NCBI GenBank assembly: GCA_963748215.1
Contig: CAVVHS010000006.1
Location: 512,001-576,000 of the forward strand
Direction: 5' to 3'
Source of the DNA: an uncultured Gammaproteobacteria bacterium
GTDB taxonomy: Bacteria; Pseudomonadota; Gammaproteobacteria; UBA9214
Length of the DNA: 64,000 nt
The notes below the pieces were generated by a model. It worked only from the letters and a program-made list of their open reading frames with translations, made no database searches and was not told where the DNA came from. A program made the translations under genes and the position numbers. Below are positions 46,428-56,877 of the stretch, one piece after another (position 1 is the first letter of the stretch; each line of letters begins with the position of its first letter).

Positions 46428-47893
46428 GACTGCGCGGCCCGCTGTGGCGGTAAATAATGCTGTTCGATCACGTCCCGACGTGGCGTGCCGCCGGGTGCGA
46501 GTTCGCCGGATGCCGTGCTGAACGGTGTCTCGGCAGTCAGCCAGCTGGTGATCTGCGCATAGTCCGGCAGGCGTGCATTGGTGGCAGCGATAGCGGCTTC
46601 CATACTCGCAGTGGTATTCGTGCCGGATGGCACCAGTACCGCCAGCAAATGCGCCTGCTCATTGCCGAGCACCGCCGCCTGCGCGATGGACGGGTGCGAC
46701 AGCAGTTCCGCCTCGATCCATTCCGGCGACACGTTGCGGCCAAAGGCCGTAATGATGCGTTCGCGCATGCGCCCGGTGACGTACAGGAAACCGTCCGCGT
46801 CGAAATAGCCCGTGTCGCCGGTGGCCAGCAGGGCGCCGGAATCGCGGACCGGGTCGCCGAGATAGCCGGAAAAGGTCTTGCCCTGTACCAGGATTTCGCC
46901 CGTCTCGCTGATCAGGGCGCGTACGTGCGGCAACAGCTTGCCCACCGAGCCGGGACGGTTATGTGCCGCTGTATTCAGGGCTACCACGGAACCGGCCTCG
47001 GACAGGCCGTAGCCCTGGTAGACAGGCAGTCCGCAGGCCGCCGCATCTTCCAGCAAGGCCTTGCCCGCAGGGGCGCCGCCGACGGCGATGAAGCGCAGCG
47101 AGTCCGGCACACTCTCGCGCTGCGCCAGGACGGTCAGCAGCTTGAGCAGGCCGGGCGGCACGATCAGTGCCGTTGGGCGGTGTGTCTGCAATGCAGCCGC
47201 CAGCCGGACGGCATCGACCCGGCTCGACCCGTCCACGCCGGTGTCGGCCGGATCGGGCACGAGGATTTCCGCGCCGCTGAGTACCGGCACATAGACGGCG
47301 CCGATATTCTCCAGCAGGATCGACAGTGGCAGCAGCGCCATGGCCCGATCGGCAGCCACGGCGTTCGCGGCCCGGGCCAGTGCGCCGGCGACGGTTTCGA
47401 TGGTGTCCCTTGACAGGCGCACCCCGCGCGGTGTGCCGGTCGTGCCCGAGGTGTAGGTCACCTTGGCAGTGCCGGCGTTATGCGTCCGCGTCGCGACCGC
47501 TTGCAGCAGCACGCGGGTGTATTGCCGCCCGGCGATCCACAGCGTGTCGCTGCTGTGTACCGTCACCAGCTCCGCGATGCGTTGCGGGGCATCGGTAATG
47601 ACGGTATCGACGCCGGCATCCTGCAGTGCGTGCAGCAATTGCCCGTCGCTGAAAAACCCCGGCAGCGGGACATGCATGATACCGGCGCGCAGGGTGGCGA
47701 GATCCGTCACAACCCAGGCCGGCCCGTTGATCAGCAGGGTACCGAGCGTGCGGGCACCGTTCAGTATCGTGGCGAGCCGGGTAACCTCACCGTCCAGCTG
47801 CTGCCAGGTCAGCGCATCATGGCTGCCGGTGACGGCACGGCGCTGCGGTGTATGCGCGGCATGCTGCGCCAGCGCCTCCAGGATGACGGTCAC
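46424..47893 (-). CDS. AMP-binding (acyl-CoA synthetase-like) adenylating enzyme
   Basis: YTSGTTGTPRGV, YQGYGLSE, TGDTG, GRNVSPEWIE; the GTG start overlaps the upstream TGA. Confidence 0.92.
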   Translation of the reverse strand: MTVILEALAQHAAHTPQRRAVTGSHDALTWQQLDGEVTRLATILNGARTLGTLLINGPAWVVTDLATLRAGIMHVPLPGFFSDGQLLHALQDAGVDTVITDAPQRIAELVTVHSSDTLWIAGRQYTRVLLQAVATRTHNAGTAKVTYTSGTTGTPRGVRLSRDTIETVAGALARAANAVAADRAMALLPLSILLENIGAVYVPVLSGAEILVPDPADTGVDGSSRVDAVRLAAALQTHRPTALIVPPGLLKLLTVLAQRESVPDSLRFIAVGGAPAGKALLEDAAACGLPVYQGYGLSEAGSVVALNTAAHNRPGSVGKLLPHVRALISETGEILVQGKTFSGYLGDPVRDSGALLATGDTGYFDADGFLYVTGRMRERIITAFGRNVSPEWIEAELLSHPSIAQAAVLGNEQAHLLAVLVPSGTNTTASMEAAIAATNARLPDYAQITSWLTAETPFSTASGELAPGGTPRRDVIEQHYLPPQRAAQS

Positions 47894-48597
47894 AGCAGGA
47901 CCGCACGGGCATTGCGGGCGAAGGCACGACCGGCCTCGCATGCCTGCAGCGCCAGGCCCTGCAGCTCGGCGTCCGTAGCCATCAATGCCAGCAAGGCCGG
48001 TGTACCCGCGACGATGTCACCGGCATACACGGCGGGCCGGCAATCGTAATAGCTGCCCCATTCCGCCTGCTGCTCCGCCGGGAGACAGGTGCGCTGTGCG
48101 TCGGCAAGCCTCGTCAGCGGCAGGCCCATGCGGGCAAAGGCATTGCGCAGTTTCGGTACCGAAGTGAAAACCACGTGCGTAAAGCCCGCCCCCATCAGAA
48201 AGGCACTGAGGGTGCAGATCAGCCAGCGGGCCTGTCCGGCATTGGCCGGGGCAAGATTGCCGATCTCGGCGATGCCGGCACGCCCGGTCGTCAACAGCTG
48301 CTCAACCGGCTGGTCCAGGTAGTGCTCCGAGAACAGCGCTTCGGCACCCGCCGGCCGTAATCCGGCCACCGCCGCGTACTCGCCGTTGTCGCGCGTCAGT
48401 CCCAGCAACAGCGGATAGAAGGAGTTCAGTGTCGCGCCATAGGCCCGGCGAAAGATCGCACCCACGAATGTCTCCGCGAAGGTGCGCTGGGCATGCGCCG
48501 GGTCCATGAGCGTCAAGGTCAGCTCCGCGCCGGTGGCGGGTGCGCTGATCAGGCGTGGCGTAACTGTGGTCTGTTGCTTGTCCGGTTCCGTGTGCAT
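47890..48597 (-). CDS. 'Thermostable hemolysin' (delta-VPH) family protein, acyltransferase-like fold
   Basis: FRRAYGA, LFSEHYLDQPVE, IAEIGNLA, VVFTS..LRNAFARMG, WGSYY..RPAV. Confidence 0.85.
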   Translation of the reverse strand: MHTEPDKQQTTVTPRLISAPATGAELTLTLMDPAHAQRTFAETFVGAIFRRAYGATLNSFYPLLLGLTRDNGEYAAVAGLRPAGAEALFSEHYLDQPVEQLLTTGRAGIAEIGNLAPANAGQARWLICTLSAFLMGAGFTHVVFTSVPKLRNAFARMGLPLTRLADAQRTCLPAEQQAEWGSYYDCRPAVYAGDIVAGTPALLALMATDAELQGLALQACEAGRAFARNARAVLL

Positions 48598-48628
48598 GAC
48601 TGCATACCCTGATATTGAACTGGCGGGC

Positions 48629-48661
48629 AGTATGGAACAGTCAGCTTATGTGGAACTTAAG
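48629..48661 (-). promoter_or_regulatory. PmrA/QseB-type direct-repeat box with a -10 element
   Basis: Minus strand CTTAAG-N5-CATAAG (48661-48645), then CATACT (48634-48629), about 30 bp before the ATG at 48597. Confidence 0.65.
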
Positions 48662-48853
48662 GCATGCCTCGACCACGCCAGCCACAGGCATGGAAATTGT
48701 GAGCCAGTTCACAGTGTTGGGTGTTATTTCCGGAATCTTTCCGGGTAATCACCGGCGGCACGGCCGCCATGGCTGGCGTGCGGCTGGCAGCGGGAACGCA
48801 AGCCGCTGGGCTATACTGACGGGCAGAGTCAGGCTGCGGGGGATAACGCGATC

Positions 48854-49369
48854 ATGACAGGCAGGATCATCACGTTGCTGCTGTGCCTGACGGCCGCCCT
48901 GCCGGGGCGGGCCGAGGAGGCGGTATCGCAGGCAGTGCAGACGCCCTATACCGAGCAAAAGGTCATATTCGATTTCTATTTCGACGAGCCGGAGAAGATC
49001 AACACGGCGCTGTTCTGGATCCGCTCGCTGATCAATCCCCTGATGGACGAACCCTACGGGCTGGCACCGGAATTCCTTGATATCAAGGTCATCATCCACG
49101 GCACCGAGATCGTCGCGCTGGCGCGCAAGAACTACACGAAATACGAGGATGCCGTCGAGCGCATGCGCTACTACGCCTCGCTGGGTGTGGAATTCAAGGT
49201 CTGCGGTCTGGCGGCCCAGGACTATCACTACGCCACCGGCGATTTCTATGACTTCGTCGACGTGGTCCCGTCGGCCATCACCGAACTCGCGCACTGGCAG
49301 CTCGCCGGCTATGCGCTGATCACGCCACAGGTGCTGGAGAAGAAGCACGCGATCGAGGATATCCGCTGA
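48854..49369 (+). CDS. Exported DsrE-family protein
   Basis: Signal peptide, QKVIFD, VIIHGTEI, GVEFKVCG, VDVVPSAITEL...GYALI. Confidence 0.85.
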   Translation: MTGRIITLLLCLTAALPGRAEEAVSQAVQTPYTEQKVIFDFYFDEPEKINTALFWIRSLINPLMDEPYGLAPEFLDIKVIIHGTEIVALARKNYTKYEDAVERMRYYASLGVEFKVCGLAAQDYHYATGDFYDFVDVVPSAITELAHWQLAGYALITPQVLEKKHAIEDIR

Positions 49370-49378
49370 CGTTCAACG

Positions 49379-51655
49379 CTATTTGTCGACCTTCATCAGC
49401 AGCGGTGGCAGGAGCAGAAAATCCGTCACCAGCGCCAGGGCAATGGTCACCGCCGTCAGCAGCCCCATGTCCGCATTCAGCTTGAAGCCGGACAGGGTCA
49501 GCACCAGGAAGCCGGCAATCAGCACCAGCGTGGTCACCAGCAAGGCCGTGCCCACGGTGTGGAAGGCGTAGCGCACCGCGTCCTGCGCATCCAGGCCACG
49601 TTCGCGGCGCGCGCGCAGGTACTTGCTGAGGAAGTGCACGGTGTCGTCGACCACGATACCCAGCGTCATGCCCGCGACCACGGACAGGCCCAGGCCGACC
49701 TGGCCGGATACCAGCCCCCACAGGCCGAAGCCCATGGCCGCCGGCGCCAGGTTGGGGATCAGGCTGACCAGCCCGATCTTGACCGAACGCAGCGCCACGA
49801 TCAGCACCAGCGAGATCAGCACCAGGGCGAAGCTGGTACCGCGCAGCATGCTGCGAATATTGCGCTGACCGATGTAGGCGAACATGACCGCCGAGCTGGC
49901 GCCGCTGGACTTCAGATGCGGCGCGTTCTTGCCCAGCCAGTCCTGGGCCTGGCGTTCGATCTCCAGCAAGGTATTACTGGAAACATTCTCCAGCGAGACG
50001 ATCAGGCGGGTCGATGACTTGCTGATGTCGATCTGGTTGTTGAGATCGAGCCCGTAGGGCAGCGACATCTCGTACAGCAGCAGGTATTGTGCTGCCAGCT
50101 CGCGCTCATCCGGCAGCCGGTACCAGTCCGGATCATCCGCGTGCATGTTCTTGTTCAGCCGGCGCATGATGTCGGTGATCGTGTTGACATGCAGTACATG
50201 CGGTCGTGTCCGGTACCACTCCGCGAAGCGGTCGACCTCGCGCAGGAATTCGGGATCGTTGATGCCGCCGCTCTCACCGCTGCCGAGCGAGTACTCGATG
50301 GTATAGACGCCGGTCAGGCGGGTGGTCGCGAATTCGGTATCGACCCGGAACGGAATACTCATGTCGAAATACTTGATGAACTCGTCGTTCAGTTCATTGC
50401 GCGGAATGAAGCTCACCAGCACCACCACCACGACGCCCATGACCCAGAACAGGATATTGCGGCGTGCCACCACGAAATCCGCGAAGCGGTCCATGTACAT
50501 CGCGCGGCGTGTCTCGCCCGTTTTTACACGCATTGGCAGAAGCGAGGCCAGTACCGGCAGCAACGTGACCGACAGTACGAAGGCGATGGCTACGCCCATG
50601 GCAACGATATTGCCCAGGTCGCGGAACGGTGGAGCATCGCTGAAATTCATGCTCATGAAACCGATGATGGTGGTCAACGAGGTCAGGAACACCGGCTGCA
50701 TGTTGATGCGCAGGCTCTCGACAATGGCCGCGCGCTTGCCCTCGCCCTTGCCCATCGCATGCAGCAGGGTGGCGAAGACGTGCACGCAATCGGCGACGGC
50801 CAGGGTCAGGATGATGGGCGGCGAAGACGCGGACGGCGGTGTCAGCGCAATGCCCAGCCAGCCGGCCAGACCCATGGCCGACACGATGCTCATGATGATC
50901 ACCAGGAAGGTCACGAGCATGGCGGTGAGCGAGCGTAACAGCAGGATCAGGGTCAGCAGCACGATGGCGAACATGATCGGTATCAGCGTGGCCTGATCAT
51001 GCAGGGCGACTTCCTGGAAGGTGTTGTTCATGATCACCATGCCGGTGAGATACACGTCCAGGTTGGGGTTCTGCGCCTTGACCTGTTCGACCAGGTCACG
51101 GGCAAACGCGGTGATCTCGGGTACTTCCCTGCCGGTTCCCTCATCCGGCAGCTGGATGGTCACGTTGACGCCGGCCACCTGCCCATTCGGAGATATCAGC
51201 CGGTTCACCAGCAGCGGTTCATGCACGGCGATGTCGTGGATCTCCTGCAGCTGACCTGCATCGAGCGAGCGCGGATCACCGACCAGGTCGGCGACGATCA
51301 GATCGTCGGCCTCGGCGCGGGTATGCTGGTAGTTGGTGAGCGAGTCGACGCGCAGCGAGTACGGCATCTGCCAGCAGGCCTTGGTCAGCTGCGCAATGCT
51401 TTCCAGGGTGTCCGGTGTAAACACACCGCCCTGTTTCGGCGCCAGCGCGAACAGTACGTTGTCGGTCTTGGTGTAGGTGTTCTGCAGCTGATCAAAGGCC
51501 TTCAGCTGCGGATTGTCGGCGCTGAAAAACACCCGGTAATCGGTCTTGAAGGTAATGAAGCGTCCGCCGCTGGCGGCCAGCGCCACCAGCACGATACACG
51601 CGAGCAGCACGGGAACGCGCCAGCGCAAGACCCATTCACCATACGATTTCACCAT
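49379..51655 (-). CDS. MMPL/RND-superfamily transporter
   Basis: Two repeats with TLAVADCVH / GIVVDDTVHF, LTSLTT; large periplasmic loops; start taken at MVKSYGEW. Confidence 0.92.
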   Translation of the reverse strand: MVKSYGEWVLRWRVPVLLACIVLVALAASGGRFITFKTDYRVFFSADNPQLKAFDQLQNTYTKTDNVLFALAPKQGGVFTPDTLESIAQLTKACWQMPYSLRVDSLTNYQHTRAEADDLIVADLVGDPRSLDAGQLQEIHDIAVHEPLLVNRLISPNGQVAGVNVTIQLPDEGTGREVPEITAFARDLVEQVKAQNPNLDVYLTGMVIMNNTFQEVALHDQATLIPIMFAIVLLTLILLLRSLTAMLVTFLVIIMSIVSAMGLAGWLGIALTPPSASSPPIILTLAVADCVHVFATLLHAMGKGEGKRAAIVESLRINMQPVFLTSLTTIIGFMSMNFSDAPPFRDLGNIVAMGVAIAFVLSVTLLPVLASLLPMRVKTGETRRAMYMDRFADFVVARRNILFWVMGVVVVVLVSFIPRNELNDEFIKYFDMSIPFRVDTEFATTRLTGVYTIEYSLGSGESGGINDPEFLREVDRFAEWYRTRPHVLHVNTITDIMRRLNKNMHADDPDWYRLPDERELAAQYLLLYEMSLPYGLDLNNQIDISKSSTRLIVSLENVSSNTLLEIERQAQDWLGKNAPHLKSSGASSAVMFAYIGQRNIRSMLRGTSFALVLISLVLIVALRSVKIGLVSLIPNLAPAAMGFGLWGLVSGQVGLGLSVVAGMTLGIVVDDTVHFLSKYLRARRERGLDAQDAVRYAFHTVGTALLVTTLVLIAGFLVLTLSGFKLNADMGLLTAVTIALALVTDFLLLPPLLMKVDK

Positions 51656-51792
51656 GAGTGTTCCCTGTAAATGTGCATTTGTATGTCGGGCGGGACTGGC
51701 AGATAATCCGCTATTGCAGCGCGACAGGCGACCCACTTGTCTGCAGGGTAACTGCTGCGTTTCGGGTAAGGATAATACAGGAGAATCGTAAA

Positions 51793-51996
51793 ATGAGCGC
51801 AATCCGCATGTTGTTTATCTTCATGGCCCTCTTGATCTGTGCCGGTATCTGGCTGACCGGTGTGGACAAGGTGCACTGGTTGCTCTACATACCACCGGCC
51901 GCGCTGTTGTTTGCCGGCATTACCGGCATTTGTCCGGGCTACATCATCTTCAGCAAGCTGGGCTTCAAGGGGCAGGGTATCGGCAACAAGCTCTGA
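51793..51996 (+). CDS. Small two-TM protein, DUF2892/YgaP-TM-like
   Basis: AGGAG site; two hydrophobic helices; AGITGICP motif. Confidence 0.75.
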   Translation: MSAIRMLFIFMALLICAGIWLTGVDKVHWLLYIPPAALLFAGITGICPGYIIFSKLGFKGQGIGNKL

Positions 51997-52019
51997 GCCG
52001 TTGCTGCATGCTTTCGAAC

Positions 52020-52047
52020 GGGCCCCGTGTGCTGCACGGGGCCCTTT
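52020..52047 (+). terminator. Probable terminator
   Basis: GGGCCCCGTG-TGCTG-CACGGGGCCC followed by TTT. Confidence 0.65.
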
Positions 52048-52131
52048 CATTGCATGCTCACGGTATCTGCCGGCAGCGTTGAATATGTGATAATACCTGC
52101 CTGACAGCGACCCGGACCCCGTGTCACACGC

Positions 52132-55100
52132 ATGACCCGCAGCATACAAGCAAACGATACCGCCACGACGACGCAGGAACTGCTTGCGCCGCGCTTGCCG
52201 CTCGCCCCGGGCCGCCAGACCTGGACCGGCCTGCACGGTGACAGCCTGCCGTTGCTGCTGGCCAGTGCCGTGCGCCAGTACACGCGCGGCCCGCTCGTCG
52301 TTATCGCGCCGGACACGCAGGGCGCGGAACTGCTGGCCGACCAGGTCGCATTTTTCGCCAGCGGCAGCGACGTGCCCGCGATCACCTTCCCCGACTGGGA
52401 AACCCTGCCCTACGACGTGTTTTCACCCTACCAGGACATCATCTCCGAGCGCCTGGCCACGCTGTACCGGCTGCCGTCACTCGCGCGGGGCCTGCTGATC
52501 GTCTCCGCCCCCACCCTGCTGCAGCGCCTGCCGCCGCGTGATTTCATCGAGCGCAACAGCCTGCTGCTGAAACGCGGCGACCGGCTCGACCTCGACACCA
52601 TGCGCGCACGGCTCGATGCCGCCGGCTACCGCTATGTCGCCCAGGTCATGGAACACGGCGAGTTCGCGGTACGCGGTGCCCTGCTCGACCTGTTCCCGAT
52701 GGGCAGCCGCGAGCCGTTCCGCATCGACCTGTTCGACGACGAAATCGAGACCATCCGCACCTTCGATCCCGAATCGCAGCGTTCGCTCGACAGCCGCGAC
52801 GAAATCCGTCTGTTGCCGGCGCGCGAGTTCCCCCTGGACGAGGCCGCGATACGCCTGTTCCGGCAGCGCTTCCGCGCCAGCTTCGAGGGCGATCCGCAGA
52901 GCTGCAACGTCTACCGCGAGGTCAGCCAGGGCAACGCGCCGGCCGGTGCCGAATACTACCTGCCGCTGTTCCTCGAGCAGACGGCCACGCTGTTCGATTA
53001 CCTGCCCGCGGGCAGTTGCATTGTGCAGCTGGATGCCACCGACCGGGCTGCCGCCACCTTTCAGGAACAGCTGCAGGAACGCTACGAGGCGCGCCGCCAT
53101 GACCGCGAGCGCCCCATCCTGCCGCCGGAGGCGCTGTTTCTCGGGCCCGACGAATTGCAGTCCAGGCTGACCGCCTATCCCTGCGTACAGATCGGACTGT
53201 TCAAGGAAGTGCTGCTGCAGGCCGGCAGCGTGAGCTTCGATACGCATCTGCCGGGCGACCTGAAAGTCCGGCCGCGCAGCGAACAGCCGGCCGGCGCACT
53301 GCGAACCTTCATCGACGGCTTCTCCGGTCGCATCCTCATCACCGCGGAATCCGCAGGGCGCCGCGAAACGCTGCGCGAGCAGCTGGCCGGCTTCGGCATC
53401 CATCCAGCCGTGCTGGACGACTGGCCGGCCTTCATGGCCTCCGGGGAGATGCTGGCGATCACGGTCGCGCCACTGGAACTGGGCCTGGTGCTGGACCACC
53501 CGCCACTGGCCGTAGTGCCGGAAGCGCTGCTGTTCGGCGAGCGTGCGCGCCAGGTGCGGCGGCGCAAGCCGGCGCGCGACCCGGCCAGCATCGTGCGCAA
53601 CCTCACCGACCTGGAGCTCAATGCCCCGGTGGTGCACGAGGAACACGGCGTCGGCCGCTATCTCGGGCTGGAGCGGCTCACGGTCGGCGGCATCGAAAAC
53701 GAGTTCCTGACGCTGGAGTATGCCGGCGGCGACAAGCTGTATGTGCCGGTCGGCGTCGCTGGACCGGGTCAGCCGCTATACCGGCGCCTCGCCCGAACGG
53801 GCGCCGCTGCACAAGCTGGGCAGCGACCAGTGGGAACGCGCGCGACGCAAGGCAACGCAGCGCATTCGCGACGTCGCGGCGGAACTGCTCGATATCTACG
53901 CCCGCCGCGCGGCACGTGGCGGGCATGCCTACCAGGCGCCGCGTGACGAGTACGCGGCATTCGCCGCGACCTTCCCGTTCGAGGAAACACCGGACCAGGA
54001 GGAAACCATCCAGCCAGGTGCTGGCAGACCTGCAGTCACCGATGCCCATGGACCGGCTGGTGTGCGGCGACGTCGGCTTCGGCAAGACCGAGGTCGCCAT
54101 GCGCGCAGCCTTCGTCGCGGTGCAGGACGGCAGGCAGGTGGCGGTGCTGGTGCCGACCACGCTGCTGGCCCAGCAGCACTACCAGAACTTCTGCGACCGC
54201 TTCGCCGACTGGCCGGTGCGCATCGAGATGCTGTCGCGCTTCCGCTCCGGCAAGCAGCAGGACAGCACGCTCAGGGGCCTCGCCGACGGCACTATCGACA
54301 TCGTGATCGGCACCCACAAACTGCTGCAGCGCGGCAGTGAAATTCAAGAATCTCGGCCTGGTCATCATCGACGAGGAACACCGCTTCGGCGTGCGCCAGA
54401 AGGAACGCCTCAAGAGTCTGCGCGCCGAGGTCGACATGCTGACCCTGACCGCGACGCCGATCCCGCGCACGCTCAACATGTCGCTGGCCGGCATGCGCGA
54501 CCTGTCGATCATCAGCACACCGCCGCCGGCACCGGCTGGCGGTCAAGACCTTCGTCTGCGAGTGGAACAACGGCCGTGATCCGCGAGGCCTGCCTGCGCG
54601 AGATCAAGCGCGGCGGCCAGGTCTATTTCCTGCACAACGAGGTGGAGACCATCGACAACATGGCCCGCGAGCTCGCCGCGCTGGTGCCCGGAGGCCGGTA
54701 TCGCCATCGCCCACGGCCAGATGCGCGAGCGCGATCTGGAGCAGGTGATGCTGGATTTCTACCACCGCCGCTTCAACATCCTGGTGTGCACCACCATCAT
54801 CGAAAGCGGCATCGACGTGCCCACGCGCCAATACCATCATCATCGAACCGCGCCGACAAGCTCGGGCTGGCGCAGCTGCACCAGCTGCGCGGCCGGGTCG
54901 GACGCTCGCACCATCGCGCCTACGCCTATCTGATCATTCCGCCGCGCCGCGCGCTGACGGCCGATGCCGAGAAGCGGCTCGACGCGATCGAATCGCTGGA
55001 GGAACTCGGCGCCGGCTTCACGCTCGCCACCCACGACCTGGAGATCCGCGGCGCCGGCGAGTTGCTGGGCGAGGAGCAGAGCGGGCAGATCCACGAAATC

Positions 55101-55631
55101 GGCTTCTCGCTGTACATGGACCTGCTGGAACGTGCCGTCAAGGCGCTCCGGGAAGGACGCACGCCGGCGCTGGACCAGCCCCTGCACCAGGGCCCGGAAA
55201 TCGACCTGCAGGTGCCCGCGCTGATCCCGGACGATTACCTGCCCGATGTGCACACCCGGCTGATGCTGTACAAGCGCATCGCCAGTGCCCAGGGTCAGCA
55301 GGAGCTGGACGATCTGCAGGTCGAGATGATCGACCGCTTCGGGCTGCTGCCCGAGGCGGCGAAGAACCTGTTCCGGATCGGCGCCCTGAAGTTGCAGGCC
55401 GCTCCGATGGGTATACGCAAGATCGAGCTCGGCAGCCAGGAAGGCCGTATCCTGTTCAGCGCCACCCCCGATATCGATACGGCAAAACTGATCGAACTCA
55501 TCCAGACCCAGGCGCAACACTACCGCTTCGACGGCGTCAACAAGCTGCGCCTGTTCGGTGATTTCGCGACGCCGGCCGCGCGTTTTGCTAAAGTGCAGCA
55601 GGTGCTGGACCTGCTCGCCGTGCGGGGCTGA
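52132..55631 (+). CDS. mfd: Transcription-repair coupling factor, split by about 8 single-base frameshifts in 53750-54850
   Basis: [81 protein letters not shown]. Confidence 0.96.
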
Positions 55632-55663
55632 CCGGCACTGCTGTCCAACCGTACCGAGACCGG

Positions 55664-56386
55664 ATGACCGACATGAACCGCAACCACAAGCAACACCGTT
55701 TCGCCTGGCTCATTCTGCCCGTACTGGCGCTGCTGGCCGCGCACGCGGTCCACGCAGATACACAACTGTATGATGTCGAGGTGATCATCTTTGCCAACGA
55801 CAGCTCTGGCGGCGACGACGAGGTCACGAACCAGCCCGGCGGCGACGCCGTCAATGCACGGGGTTCGTTTCCGGCCAGCGGGTTCACCGAGCTGTCATCC
55901 GGCACTTACCGTCTGAACAATATCCGTGGTGGCCTGGCCGCGTCGCGCGGCTACCGGGTGTTGTTCCACCGCGCCTGGCGGCAACCGGCCTACGACCGGG
56001 CTCGCGCCATCGACTACCCGGTACACGCGCTGGCCGATAGCGGCCGTAACAGCGTCGAAGGCAGCATCACCCTCATCAAGGAACGCTACCTGCACCTGGA
56101 CGTGAACCTGCTGCTGATGACGGCACGCGGCAGTACGCCCGCGCTGTATGCCGATGGCCCCGGCAGCCGGCCCGCCTTTCGCCTTGCCGAAAAGCGCCGC
56201 ATCAAGAGCAACGAGCTGCACTACTTCGATCACCCGCGCTTCGGCATGATTGCACGCGTCACGCCCTACGAGTCGCCGGAGGAACCGGCCATCCCCGAGC
56301 CGGTAGTGGAAGGCATGCCGGACGATACCGCCGGCAGCGCGCAGGAGGATGAACCGGTACCGGCACAGGACCCGCTGACGCGCTGA
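55664..56386 (+). CDS. csiV: CsiV-family peptidoglycan-binding protein
   Basis: Signal peptide, YDVEVIIF, VLFHRAWRQP, RYLHLDV, ELHYFDHPRFG; follows mfd. Confidence 0.85.
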   Translation: MTDMNRNHKQHRFAWLILPVLALLAAHAVHADTQLYDVEVIIFANDSSGGDDEVTNQPGGDAVNARGSFPASGFTELSSGTYRLNNIRGGLAASRGYRVLFHRAWRQPAYDRARAIDYPVHALADSGRNSVEGSITLIKERYLHLDVNLLLMTARGSTPALYADGPGSRPAFRLAEKRRIKSNELHYFDHPRFGMIARVTPYESPEEPAIPEPVVEGMPDDTAGSAQEDEPVPAQDPLTR

Positions 56387-56555
56387 TGCACCTGCCACGG
56401 CCGGTCCGCCCCCTCAGCCCGCATTTCTCACCGGGCGGCTGTTGACGGACATAAACAATTGAAATCATGAAAGCGATGCCCATTCAGCAACAAACAGTGT
56501 GTCTTCGTGCAGCGCCTATCCCGGCCCTGGCGGGTTCTCGTGCACCCGTACTTGC

Positions 56556-56606
56556 GATGTACAGGGAAGTGCAAGTGCCGCGGGAGGCAGGAAGCCGGGA
56601 GCGGCC
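56556..56606 (-). repeat. About 51-bp two-hairpin miniature insert
   Basis: Minus strand GGCCGCTCCCGGCTTCCTGCCTCCCGCGGCACTTGCACTTCCCTGTACATC; its TTCCTG/TCCCTG loops resemble those of the 48-bp element. Boundaries are approximate. Confidence 0.5.
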
Positions 56607-56829
56607 TGTTCATTCAAGTGGTAGCTACGGCTGCATCGCTTCGAGGGGAGGAAGAGGGGCCCCGCCGCGCAGCGGTGGGGATCTGACCCCCGGTGAAGCG
56701 AAGACCCGCGGTGGTATTCGAAGCGACATCCTGCCCACCGGCGGTCGCATCCCCGGCTACGCCGGGGCCCCTGCTCTGCGCCTCGAGCGGGTCTTTCATC
56801 CCAGAGCGGCGTCCGGTCACACGAGCCCT

Positions 56830-56877
56830 CGGCAACTGCTCCCTGCGTTGCTCTACCTCCTGCGTCCTTTCAGTCGT
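56830..56877 (+). mobile_element. Third copy of the 48-bp miniature element
   Basis: CGGCAACTGCTCCCTGCGTTGCTCTACCTCCTGCGTCCTTTCAGTCGT, preceded by CCT. Confidence 0.75.

Noticed and set aside
47890-48597. A true hemolysin or virulence toxin
   Set aside because: There is no signal peptide or secretion system, and the gene is translationally coupled to an adenylating enzyme; the family name is historical.
56630-56800. RNase P RNA, SRP RNA, tmRNA or canonical 6S RNA
   Set aside because: GAGGGGAGGAAG resembles the RNase P start but is not followed by AGTCC. There is no SRP GGAAGGAAGCAG loop, no tRNA-like ends and no zapA-ygfA context.
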